From Capsulimonadaceae bacterium (GTDB taxonomy: Bacteria > Armatimonadota > Armatimonadia > Armatimonadales > Capsulimonadaceae), in assembly GCA_965215505.1 (NCBI GenBank), contig OZ244065.1, positions 5,824,001 through 5,888,000 on the forward strand: a stretch of DNA of 64,000 bases. Direction: 5' to 3'. Shown here piece after piece: positions 39,092 to 48,654 of this stretch. Each line of letters starts with the position of its first letter. Within the stretch, counting starts at the first letter, position 1. A program made the translations under genes and the position numbers. The notes under the pieces were generated by a model, which was given only the letters and a program-made list of their open reading frames with translations, ran no database searches and was not told the origin of the DNA.

Positions 39092-41721
39092 ATGGATCAA
39101 AGGCATAAACAAGGGCGCAGGCGGTGGGCGGCGGTCTTCGGGGCGGGCCTGGCACTGGCCGGCCTGGCGCGGGCGGGGGCACAGGCACCGATGCCCTTCC
39201 AAGACCCCTCCCTGCCGACATCGCAGCGGGTGGACGACCTGGTGGCGCGGATGACGCTGCCCGAGAAGGCCGCGCAGATGGGCACCGACGCCCCCGCCAT
39301 CGCGCGCCTGGGCATCCCCGCCTATTACTGGTGGAGCGAGTGCCTGCACGGGGATGCGGTCGGCCCAGCCACCGTCTTCCCCGAACCCATCGCGCTGGCC
39401 GCCACGTTTGATCTGGGCCTGCACGCGCAGGTCGCCGACGCCATCTCCGACGAGGACCGGGCCTGGTACAACCGGACCGGCGGCGCGGGCCGTCCGCAGG
39501 GCTTCCACGGGCTGACCTTTTTCGCCCCCAACATCAACATCTTCCGCGACCCGCGCTGGGGCAGGGGGCAGGAGACATACGGCGAAGACCCGTACCTGAC
39601 CGCCCGGTTCGGCGTCGTCTACGTCAAGGGGTTGCAGGGCAGCGACCCCAAGTACTTCAAGGTCATCGCCACCGCCAAGCACTACGCCGTGCATAGCGGC
39701 CCCGAGCCGGAGCGGCACCGCTTTGACGCCGTCGTGTCCCCCTACGACCTCTACGACACCTATTTGCCCGCCTTCCAGGCCACCGTCGTGTCGGCCCACG
39801 CGCAGTCGGTCATGGGGGCCTACAGCAGCCTCTACGGCGTCCCCGCCAACGCCAGCGATCTGCTGCTGAAACAAAACCTGCGCGACAAGTGGGGCTTTGA
39901 CGGCTACGTCGTCTCCGACTGCGGGGCCATCGGCGACATCTTTTACAACCACCACTACGCGAAAAGCATGGAGGAGGCCGCTTCCGACGCCGTCAAGGCC
40001 GGCTGCGACCTGGACTGCGGCGGCGAGTACAGCGCCCTGCCCAACGCCGTCAAGCAAGGGCTGATTACCGACGCCACCATAGACAAGTCGGTCAAGCGCC
40101 TGTTCACCGCCCGGATGCGGCTCGGCCTGTTCGACCCGCCCGCGCTCGTCAAGTACGCGCAGATCCCCGACAGCGTGATAGACAGCCCGGCCCACCGGCA
40201 GCTCGCACTCCGGGCCGCCCGCGAGTCCATCGTGCTGCTCAAGAACCAGAACGGACGACTGCCGCTGTCCCCCGCCATCAAGTCGCTGGCCGTCATCGGG
40301 CCGAACGCCGACGATGCGGGCGTCCTATTGGGCAACTACAACGGCACCCCCTCCCACGCCGTCACCGCCCTGGCCGGCATCCGGCAGCGCGCCGGAGCCA
40401 ATGTCCGCATTGAGTATGTCAAGGCCACCAGCCTGACCGGCGTGAGCGAGCTGACCCCCGTTCCCGCCTCCGCCCTGCGCTCCGGGGGACAGCCAGGCCT
40501 GAGCGCCGAGTATTTCTCCACCGAGGACTTGACCGGTGCCCCCTTCGCCACGCGCCGGGACGCGCAGGTAGACCTGAACTGGGCGCGCGGCAACCCCGTC
40601 CCCGGCCTGCCCGTCTTCCACGTCTCCGCCCGCTGGACCGGCGAGCTTGTCGCGCCGACGGACGGCGAATACACCCTCGGCGTCCGTGGCGATGACGGCT
40701 TCCGGTTATACGTCAGCGGCCAGAAGGTGATTGACGACTGGGCAGTCCACCCGCCGGAGACGCGGAACTACACCGTGACCCTGACGGCGGGCCAGGCCGT
40801 CCCATCCGGCTGGAATACTACCAGGCCGAGGGCGGGGCCGAGATTTCGCTGCAATGGAAGCAGCCCGGCTCGAACAAGTTCGATGACGCCCTGGCGGCGG
40901 CCCGCCGTGCCGACGCCGTGATCTTCGTCGGCGGCATCTCCTCGCAGATTGAAGGCGAGGAGGGTACGGGCGGCAACGGCGACCGGACTAGCCTGGACCT
41001 CCCCGCCGTCCAGGACCAGCTTCTGAAGGCGCTTCATGCCACCGGCAAGCCGGTCATCCTGGTCCTGATGAACGGCAGCGCCCTCTCGGTGAACTGGGCG
41101 CAGGCCAACCTCCCCGCCATCGTGGAAGCGTGGTATCCCGGCGAGGAGGGCGGCACCGCCCTGGCGGATGTCCTGTTCGGCGATGTGAACCCCTCGGGCC
41201 GCCTCCCCGTCACTTTCTATACCGGCGTGGACCAGCTCCCGCCCTTCCGCGACTACGCCATGAAGACCCGCACCTACCGCTACTTCGGGGGCAAGCCACT
41301 CTACCCGTTCGGGTACGGCCTGAGCTACACCCGCTTCTCCTATAGCGGCCTGCACCTGTCCAAATCGGCCACCGGCCAGCCCGTCCACGGGACGGTGACG
41401 GTGCAGAACACCGGCGACCGGCCGGGCGATGAGGTCGTGGAGGTCTACCTGCGCCCCGACCCGAACGGCAAGGCGCGGCAGATCGCGCCCGGCCAGCCCA
41501 TGCCGCGCCTCATCCTGGCCGGCTTCAGCCGCGTCTCGCTCGCCCCGCACGGGCGCGCGGTCGTCCCTTTCACCCTCGCGCCCGAACAGCTCATGCTCCT
41601 GGACGCCAAAGGGAACCGGACCCTACACCCCCACGCCTGGCAGGTCTACGCGGGCGGCGCGCAGCCGGACCTGGGTACGTTGCAGAACAGCGTCGCGTCG
41701 GGTATGTTGACTGTCAGGTAA
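39092..41721 (+). pseudogene. GH3 beta-glucosidase/xylosidase with PA14 insert, 1-nt frameshift near 40801
   Basis: WWSECLHG, RDPRWGRGQETYGEDP, KHY, VVSDCGA. ..GQAVP continues as IRLEYYQAEGG..AVIFVGGIS in the -1 frame; one C is missing in GTCCCATC. Confidence 0.85.
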
Positions 41722-41745
41722 GTTTTTCGTCTACCTGCCTTCGAC

Positions 41746-41775
41746 TTGACACGAACGTAAGTTTCGAGCGATACT
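41746..41775 (+). promoter_or_regulatory. promoter with an overlapping LexA-like (GAAC-N4-GTTY) box
   Basis: TTGACA-18-GATACT; CGAAC-GTAA-GTTT at 41752-41764 inside the spacer. Confidence 0.5.
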
Positions 41776-41810
41776 TCTGCTGGCTGACCGTTCAGCCGGG
41801 AGGTTCAACT

Positions 41811-42227
41811 GTGGTATCAAACTTCTTTGCTGTAAAGGACTCAGCAGCATTTAGCCGCTTCTGTGGGCGCTGGGATTTGGACGTAACAACCGACAAGGCG
41901 GGGCTGAGTGGCTTCAATGAGAAGAGCGATGTCTGGAGCAATGATGACTGGTGCTTACACAGTGGAGTCGAAGACGATGAATCAAAAAAAATGGATTGTG
42001 CAATCCATGATGCGTCTTTCGTAGATGAGTTAGCCGATCAACTCGCGGATCATTATGTTGCGGTCGTTCAAGATCAGCCATGTAAGCACCATTTGTACCC
42101 ACGCGGCCCTGGTGCGGCAGTATTCGCTGTCAACAGTCGGCACGAGACGGCGGAACTGAACCTGAATGCCATCTTCAAACTAGCCGCCTATTTGGGGCAC
42201 TATGTTGTCGAAGACATGGCATTCTGA
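41811..42227 (+). CDS. hypothetical protein, AT-richer, possibly from a mobile element
   Basis: GGAGG SD, GTG start; SNFFAVKD..FVDELA..AVNS..LNAIF. Confidence 0.65.
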   Translation: MVSNFFAVKDSAAFSRFCGRWDLDVTTDKAGLSGFNEKSDVWSNDDWCLHSGVEDDESKKMDCAIHDASFVDELADQLADHYVAVVQDQPCKHHLYPRGPGAAVFAVNSRHETAELNLNAIFKLAAYLGHYVVEDMAF

Positions 42228-42319
42228 TCCCCGGTAGGTGCGACTAGCAAAAAGTCGAGAGGAAAACAGGCCCAAGTCGAAGAATAGCAACAACATCGTT
42301 TTGTTGCTAGGAGTTCGGC

Positions 42320-43492
42320 TTGAACGGTTCCCTGCTGGCGGCGCTAGAGTCGAAGATCACTGAAATACAATCCACGCTCGCGGAAGCGGCAGCGGCCGGG
42401 TACAAGTGGAACGAGGCGCAGACCGAGTCTGTCGTGATTGACCCGCTGCTTGCGGTACTCGGCTATGGCCCGTTGCAGGCGCACAAGCAGGGGCACGATG
42501 CGATCACGAAAGACATTCCTGATTACACCCTACTGCCTAATAGCCCGCACAAGTGGTTCCTGGAAGTCAAAAGGCTGGACCTGACGCTGAAAGACGCGGA
42601 AGCCCATCAAGCAGTCAGTTATGCGGTGGCGCAGGGTTCGGAGTGGGCGGTGCTGACTAATGGGCGGGCCTGGTATTTCTACAACGCCCATTATCCCAAG
42701 CCTCTCACCGAGAAGCGCGTGTTCCAGATCGGGGACCTGTTCACTGAGCCGGGGGCGGCCCTGCTGCTGTCGCGACTGTCGCGCGACTCGATGATGAATA
42801 GGGGGCTGACGCAGGCTTGGGCGGCAAGCCGGGTAGCCGACATCGTGCGGCGGCAGTTGCAGACGCCGAACTCCGCCGTCCGTAAGGCGCTCAGGAAAGC
42901 CGCCTCGGAAGAGTTGCAGACGGCGGTCACGGACAGCCTGATCGGCAGTGCCCTGGAGGATGTGGCCTTTACGAAGATGGGTGCGGCCTATCCGCAAGCC
43001 CCTACTGATAGTCTGCTCCCGTCTCCCAGCATTCCGACACCGAAGGACAAGCCTGCCCCGAAGCCACCGCCGCCCGCCGTTCAGGCCGACCGCCTTTATA
43101 TGCTGCAAGACCTAGCGGCACACCCGGAACTGGTGACCGGCAAGAAGCCGTCCCTGCTGGAAATGTTTGGCGAAGCACCTCAACCGGTCAAATCGTGGAG
43201 TGAGCTGGTCCAAAAGACAATTACGGCGGTCGCGGCGCGCTATGGGCTGCCAAGCCTGCCTTTCGTCGGCAGCCAGCAGGGCGAAAAGTATTTCCTGAAC
43301 ACAAGCCCCGTTCGGGCGGACGGCAAGCCGATGATTACGGTGGTGCAGATCCCTGTGAACGAGGCGATAATCTATGCCGACATGAACCGGAGCGCCATCA
43401 ACACGGTGCAGGGCCTCCTGCTGTTGCTGAAAGCGGCCGGTGCGCCGCTTGACGCCGCGAGGCTGAGGGTCGGTCCGACCGACACGGAGTAA
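42320..43492 (+). CDS. HsdR-N-like PD-(D/E)XK nuclease with linker and C-terminal domain
   Basis: NEAQT..IDPLL..LGY, PDY, LEVKR, QAVSY, VLTNG..W motifs; no helicase or methylase. Confidence 0.78.
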   Translation: MNGSLLAALESKITEIQSTLAEAAAAGYKWNEAQTESVVIDPLLAVLGYGPLQAHKQGHDAITKDIPDYTLLPNSPHKWFLEVKRLDLTLKDAEAHQAVSYAVAQGSEWAVLTNGRAWYFYNAHYPKPLTEKRVFQIGDLFTEPGAALLLSRLSRDSMMNRGLTQAWAASRVADIVRRQLQTPNSAVRKALRKAASEELQTAVTDSLIGSALEDVAFTKMGAAYPQAPTDSLLPSPSIPTPKDKPAPKPPPPAVQADRLYMLQDLAAHPELVTGKKPSLLEMFGEAPQPVKSWSELVQKTITAVAARYGLPSLPFVGSQQGEKYFLNTSPVRADGKPMITVVQIPVNEAIIYADMNRSAINTVQGLLLLLKAAGAPLDAARLRVGPTDTE

Positions 43493-43497
43493 ACTGT

Positions 43498-44142
43498 TTG
43501 CAACACCTAATCGACGGCATTACACACATCATTTCCGCCCTCGGCTACCCCGGCGTCCTCCTGCTGATGACCCTGGAGTCCGCCTGCATCCCCGTCCCCA
43601 GCGAGGCGATCATGCCCTTCGCCGGGGCGCAGATCTCCCACCCGACCGGCGGCTTCCACCCCAGCCTCTGGGCGCTGGCCTTCACCGGGGCCTTGGGCAA
43701 CCTGATCGGCTCGGTCATCGCCTACTGGGTCGGCCACTTCGGGGGCCGGCCCTTCCTGAGCAAGTACGGCAAGTACGTCCTCATCCGCCAGCGCGACATT
43801 GACAAGGCCGACGAGTTCTTCCACAGGCACGGCGACATCACCGCCCTGTTCAGCCGGTGGCTGCCCATCGTCCGCACCTTCATCTCGCTGCCCGCCGGCA
43901 TCTCCCGGATGAACTTCCCCAAGTTCTGCCTTTACACGTTTGTCGGGGCCCTCCCTTTCTGCTATCTGCTGGCTTGGGCGGGCGTCAAGTTCGGCGAACA
44001 CATGGAGACGATCAAGGCCGCCCTGCACAAAGCCGACTTCGCCGTCACCGCCGTTCTGGTCGTCCTGTTCGGGCTGTGGCTGTGGCACCACCTGCGGCCC
44101 GAACCGGAAGAGGCCGGAACAAACCCGACACCGGCCTCGTAA
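43498..44142 (+). CDS. DedA family membrane protein
   Basis: LESACIPVPSE..PFAG, YWVG..GGR, RWLPIVRTFISLPAG. Confidence 0.93.
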   Translation: MQHLIDGITHIISALGYPGVLLLMTLESACIPVPSEAIMPFAGAQISHPTGGFHPSLWALAFTGALGNLIGSVIAYWVGHFGGRPFLSKYGKYVLIRQRDIDKADEFFHRHGDITALFSRWLPIVRTFISLPAGISRMNFPKFCLYTFVGALPFCYLLAWAGVKFGEHMETIKAALHKADFAVTAVLVVLFGLWLWHHLRPEPEEAGTNPTPAS

Positions 44143-44172
44143 TGAGAAACAACAAAGCAGGCGGTGAAAACA

Positions 44173-44181
44173 TGGTATAAT
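44173..44181 (+). promoter_or_regulatory. extended -10 promoter of the prkA leader
   Basis: TG-G-TATAAT within the palindrome CATGGTAT-N8-ATACCATG. Confidence 0.55.
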
Positions 44182-44256
44182 AGTAGATACCATGCTTCAA
44201 AGACGAACGCTTGGTCGGGCCAGCGCGCCCGGCAAGGCGGGAAGGAAGAGCGGACA

Positions 44257-44328
44257 ATGAGCGTCTGTCGCCAGCACCCCACCACCACCCACCTTCATAA
44301 CACGATCCGAGGCACAGCGGGCGGATGA
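44257..44328 (+). CDS. putative leader peptide MSVCRQHPTTTHLHNTIRGTAGG
   Basis: Purine-rich GGAAGGAAGAG upstream; 23 codons; contains the antiterminator strand CCGAGGC. Confidence 0.5.
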   Translation: MSVCRQHPTTTHLHNTIRGTAGG

Positions 44329-44383
44329 ACACGGTTTAGGGACAACTCAGGGACAACACGGAACGCGGACTTTTTCAGATCGC

Positions 44384-44433
44384 AGCCTCGGTGACTTCGT
44401 AGCAGACTACGAGCGCCGAGGCTTTGTCGTTTT
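44384..44433 (+). terminator. attenuator terminator in the prkA leader
   Basis: AGCCTCGGTG..TCGTAG-CAGA-CTACGA..CGCCGAGGCT then TTGTCGTTTT, about 75 nt before the prkA ATG. Confidence 0.7.
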
Positions 44434-44506
44434 CAAAGTGCAGGCATCACGCAGCATAACGCAATCAAATCATCGAACAACCTATCGGACGCGGAAAGGA
44501 TACAGA

Positions 44507-46438
44507 ATGAGCACCTGGGATATTCTGAAGCAGGCGGAAGAGCAGAGGCAGACGGCAGACAAGCTGCACTGGGAGGGCACGTTCAAAGACTATTTGGACA
44601 TCGTCGCCAAAAACCCCAAAGTGGCCGACCTCTCGCACGCCCGGATGTACGACATGATCAGCGCGGCGGGCGTGGAGGACCCCGGCGAGGGGCAGCCCAA
44701 AGTTTACAAGTTCTTTGAGGGCGAGCTGTTCGGCATGGAGCGGACGATCCAGCACCTCGTGGAAGAATACTTCGCGCCCGCCGCCCGCCGCCTGGACATC
44801 CGCAAGCGGATTCTGATGCTGGTCGGCCCGGTCGGCGGCGGCAAGTCCACGCTCTCCACGCTGCTCAAGAAGGGCCTGGAGAAGTATTCCAAGACCGACG
44901 AGGGCGCGGTGTACGCCATCAAAGGCTCGCCGATGCACGAGGAGCCGCTGCACCTGATCCCCGAGGACCTGCGCGACACCTTCAAACAGCAGTTCGGCAT
45001 CCACATTGAAGGTGACCTGGACCCCGTGGACGCGCATAGGCTCAAGCACGAGTGGGGCGGCCGGATTGACGACGTGCCCGTGGAGCGCATCACGCTCTCC
45101 GAGCGGGAGCGGCGCGGCATCGGCACCTTCAAGCCCGCCGATCCCAAGTCCCAGGACGTGGCCGAGCTGACCGGCTCGGTCAACATCCAGGCCCTCACCG
45201 AGTACGGCCTGGAGTCCGACCCGCGCGCCTACAACTTCGACGGGGAGCTGAACATCGCCAACCGGGGCGTCATCGAGTTCATCGAGATGCTGAAGGCCGA
45301 GAAGCGGTTCCTTTACGAGCTGAACACCGTCGCGGGCGAGCAGACCATCAAGGCGTCGCGCTTCGCCCTCATCTACGCGGACCTGGTCGTGCTGGCGCAC
45401 ACCAACGAGTACGAGTATAACTCTTACTTCGGCAACAAAGAGAACGAGGCGATGATCGACCGCATCTTCGTCGTCCGCGTCCCCTACAACCTGCGGCTGA
45501 CCGAGGAAATCAAGATCTACGAAAAGCTGATCGGCCAGTCCCAGCTCTCCGAGGACCGCGCGGACCTGACCGCCGTCCACATCGCCCCGCACACCCTGCG
45601 GACCGCCTCCATGTTCGCCCTGCTGACGCGCCTGAAGCCGTCCAAGAAGTCGGGGCTGTCGCTGATGACCAAGCTGAAGCTGTACGACGGCGAGAAGCAG
45701 GTGGGCGACTGGGACCAGAAGCACATCCGCGAGCTACAGGACGAGTTCATGGACGAGGGCATGAGCGGCGTCTCCCCCCGCTTCGTCATCAACCGCATCT
45801 CCGCCGCCCTGGTCAAAGGCGGCAAGGGCTACGTCACGCCCATTGACGTCCTGCGCGGGATGCGCGACGGCCTCCAAGAATACACCAGCAGCGAGGAGGA
45901 GCATCGCCGCCTGCTGGGCTTCATTGACGAGACGCGCAAGGACTACGACGAGCTGGCGAAGAAGGAGGTCCAGCGCGCCTTCGTCTACTCCTACGAGGAG
46001 TCGGCCAAGACCCTGCTGGAGAACTATTTGGACAACGTGGACGCCTTCTGCAACCGCACCAAGGTCAAGGACCCCATCACCAGCGACGACGTGGAACCCG
46101 ACGAGCGCCTCATGAGGAGCATCGAAGAGCAGATCGGCGTTTCGGAGAACGCCAAGCGCGAGTTCCGCGAGGGCATCATGCGCTCCGTCGCCTCCGTCTC
46201 CCGCCGGGGCGGGTCCTTCGGCGTCGGCACCGACGAGCGCCTGAAAGAAGCGCTGGAGAAGAAGCTGTTCTCCGACCTCAAAGACATCGTCAAGATCACG
46301 ACCAGCACCAAGACGCCTAACCAGGAGCAACTACGCCGCATCAACGACGTGGTGGACCGCCTGGTGAAAGACCAGGGCTACACCGAGCAGTCCGCCAACG
46401 AGCTGCTGAAGTACGTCGGCACGCTGCTCAATCGGTAA
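44507..46438 (+). CDS. prkA: PrkA/YeaG family AAA+ serine kinase
   Basis: GPVGGGKST, PMHEEPL, DPKSQD, DGELNIANRG..EMLK, AHTNE, GVSPRF. Confidence 0.95.
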   Translation: MSTWDILKQAEEQRQTADKLHWEGTFKDYLDIVAKNPKVADLSHARMYDMISAAGVEDPGEGQPKVYKFFEGELFGMERTIQHLVEEYFAPAARRLDIRKRILMLVGPVGGGKSTLSTLLKKGLEKYSKTDEGAVYAIKGSPMHEEPLHLIPEDLRDTFKQQFGIHIEGDLDPVDAHRLKHEWGGRIDDVPVERITLSERERRGIGTFKPADPKSQDVAELTGSVNIQALTEYGLESDPRAYNFDGELNIANRGVIEFIEMLKAEKRFLYELNTVAGEQTIKASRFALIYADLVVLAHTNEYEYNSYFGNKENEAMIDRIFVVRVPYNLRLTEEIKIYEKLIGQSQLSEDRADLTAVHIAPHTLRTASMFALLTRLKPSKKSGLSLMTKLKLYDGEKQVGDWDQKHIRELQDEFMDEGMSGVSPRFVINRISAALVKGGKGYVTPIDVLRGMRDGLQEYTSSEEEHRRLLGFIDETRKDYDELAKKEVQRAFVYSYEESAKTLLENYLDNVDAFCNRTKVKDPITSDDVEPDERLMRSIEEQIGVSENAKREFREGIMRSVASVSRRGGSFGVGTDERLKEALEKKLFSDLKDIVKITTSTKTPNQEQLRRINDVVDRLVKDQGYTEQSANELLKYVGTLLNR

Positions 46439-46442
46439 GGCG

Positions 46443-46778
46443 ATGACTCTGGATGAAGCCATCGCTTTGGTATTGGAAGGGGGGATGAAGACTGAACCCG
46501 TCCCGTACAACGCGATGGCTCACATCCTGCACCGAGGGCATGAGCCGGACCATAAACACATCGCGCCGCTGATCGAGGCGTTTGATGTCATTCGGCGCGG
46601 GCTAAAGGGGCAGGCTCTCTTGAACCGAGAGCTTGCTACCGCTCTTTATGTGTTGGGGTCAGAGGCCGCCGGTTACCTAGCACTGGCGTCACAGGGATCG
46701 GACGCTGGTAAGGGTGTCATGTTCAATCAGGTCTTGGGCTTGATGATGTCGGTTGATCACATCTTTTACGACGAGTAG
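46443..46778 (+). CDS. hypothetical protein
   Basis: Starts 4 nt after the prkA stop; helical 111-aa ORF. Confidence 0.65.
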   Translation: MTLDEAIALVLEGGMKTEPVPYNAMAHILHRGHEPDHKHIAPLIEAFDVIRRGLKGQALLNRELATALYVLGSEAAGYLALASQGSDAGKGVMFNQVLGLMMSVDHIFYDE

Positions 46779-46812
46779 CGAGCAGAGGCGCGGAACGAAG
46801 TTGGGGTGACAG

Positions 46813-47442
46813 ATGGCGACAGCACTTCTCGAAAAACAGGACGTTGAGAGGCCGGAGGCGGCGGACGGCGAAACGGCACCCGTACCGTATCACTGGACCG
46901 TAGCCGCGCTTTACCGTGCGCTGGATGCCGGGGTGTTCGAGCATCCCGAACGGCTGGAACTTGTCCAGGGAAGGATTGTCGAGAACATGTCACAGGACCC
47001 ACTGCATCGGTCAGCGCGCGTCCGTCTTGGTAATCGGTTCCGTGCCGCTTTCGCGGGTAAGCTCATCGTGATAGACGAATGCCCGGTGCATATCGCCTAC
47101 GATGGCGAGTTGACCCCCGATCTCGTCGCGTTGCGAGGGGCAGAGGCCGATTTCGATGCGCGCCACCCAGAAGGGAAGGACATCGCGGTTCTAGTGGAGG
47201 TGTCAAACACCACAGCGGCTTACGATCTGGGCGAAAAGGCCCTGCTGTACGCTCAGGCAGGCGTCACGGATTACTGGGTGGTGCTGGTAAATGAAGCCAC
47301 CATCGTCCGCCACCGTGTCCCGACGCCGGAGGGTTATCAGGAAGTGACGCGGCTGTCGGGCGCGGACCCACTCTCGCTGCTGGAACTGCCGGAAGTCGTC
47401 TGGACCATAGATGCCCTGTTCGGGCATGGGGATTCACTATGA
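46813..47442 (+). CDS. Uma2 (DUF820) family protein
   Basis: LELVQGRIVE, PDLV, VEVSNTT..YDLGEKALLYAQAGVTDYWVV. Confidence 0.9.
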   Translation: MATALLEKQDVERPEAADGETAPVPYHWTVAALYRALDAGVFEHPERLELVQGRIVENMSQDPLHRSARVRLGNRFRAAFAGKLIVIDECPVHIAYDGELTPDLVALRGAEADFDARHPEGKDIAVLVEVSNTTAAYDLGEKALLYAQAGVTDYWVVLVNEATIVRHRVPTPEGYQEVTRLSGADPLSLLELPEVVWTIDALFGHGDSL

Positions 47443-48059
47443 GCGTCACGCTCTCGCCGCCGCCCCTGCCGGAACAACGCCCCGAGGACCGACACTGGAC
47501 GGTAGAAGAGTTCCACCGCGCCGCGTCTGCTGGCGTCTTCAACGATCCCGGCCGCATGGAAATCATTCAAGGAAGGATCGTGGAGAAGATGCCGGAAGGT
47601 GGCCGCCACACGGGTATGCGGAGGCGCATTGCCCGCCGCCTGCGGGCGGTTCTAGAGCCGGACAGTTTCGTCTGTGAGGAGTGCCCTCTGCGTATCGCCT
47701 TCGATGGCGAACCGATCCCCGACGTGGTGTTTACCAGGGAAGAGGATTATGGGAGTCAGCATCCAACGCCGGAAGATGTCGTGCTGCTGATTGAATTCTC
47801 CGATACCACGGTCGCCTATGACCTCGGCGGTAAAGCGTTGCTGTACGCGCAGGCGGGCATCGCCGACTATTGGGTGGTCCTGGTGAACGAGGCGGCCATC
47901 GTCTGCCACCGGGGACCGGCGCCGGAGGGCTACCAGGAGGTGACGCGCCTGTCCGGGGCAGACACGCTCTCGCCGCTGGCCGCGCCCGAGGCCGCCTGGA
48001 CCGTCAACGCACTGCTGGGGCGCGAGGAAGCGCCCGAAGGGAACCAAGAGGGAAACTAA
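47439..48059 (+). CDS. Uma2 (DUF820) family protein, tandem paralog
   Basis: MEIIQGRIVE, PDVV, IEFSDTT..YDLGGKALLYAQAGIADYWVV. Confidence 0.9.
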   Translation: MSVTLSPPPLPEQRPEDRHWTVEEFHRAASAGVFNDPGRMEIIQGRIVEKMPEGGRHTGMRRRIARRLRAVLEPDSFVCEECPLRIAFDGEPIPDVVFTREEDYGSQHPTPEDVVLLIEFSDTTVAYDLGGKALLYAQAGIADYWVVLVNEAAIVCHRGPAPEGYQEVTRLSGADTLSPLAAPEAAWTVNALLGREEAPEGNQEGN

Positions 48060-48095
48060 CTGGAACACCTGCTCTTTCACATCCCGTGGCACGAC

Positions 48096-48617
48096 ATGTT
48101 CCTGCCCAAGCCGTCCTGGGCCGAAAAGGTCATCCGCCCCATCCTGATCTACATCGCCCTGCTGCTGGCCTTCCGGTTCATGTCCAAGCGCGACCTGACC
48201 CAGAACACGACTTTTGACCTGCTGATCGTCCTGCTGCTGTCCAACATCGTGCAGAACGCTCTAATCGGCGAAGACAATTCCATCCTGGGGTCGCTGGCGG
48301 GGGCGGTGACGCTGCTGCTCCTCAGCACCGGCCTGAACCGCTGGACGGCGAAGAGCGTCAAGGCCCGCCGCATTTTGGAAGGCGAGCCGATCCTGCTGGT
48401 GCATAACGGGCGGCTCCTGGACGACAACCTGACCAAGCACGCCGTCTCCCGCGCCGACCTGAACGCGGGTCTGCGGGGGCAGAACATGATCACCCTGGGG
48501 GACGTGCGGTATGCCTTCCTGGAACTCGACGGCACCATCAGCGTCATCCGCAAGTCCGAGCAGTCCGGCGTCGCCGACTGCATGCCGCCGGAGCTGGCCG
48601 CAAAATACTCGGAGTAG
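48096..48617 (+). CDS. DUF421 (YetF-like) membrane protein
   Basis: KRDLTQ..FDLLIVLLLSNIVQNA, EGEPILLVHNG, LELDGTISV. Confidence 0.88.
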   Translation: MFLPKPSWAEKVIRPILIYIALLLAFRFMSKRDLTQNTTFDLLIVLLLSNIVQNALIGEDNSILGSLAGAVTLLLLSTGLNRWTAKSVKARRILEGEPILLVHNGRLLDDNLTKHAVSRADLNAGLRGQNMITLGDVRYAFLELDGTISVIRKSEQSGVADCMPPELAAKYSE

Positions 48618-48654
48618 CAGCTTATGAGACGGGAAGAAGGACACCGAAACGCTC

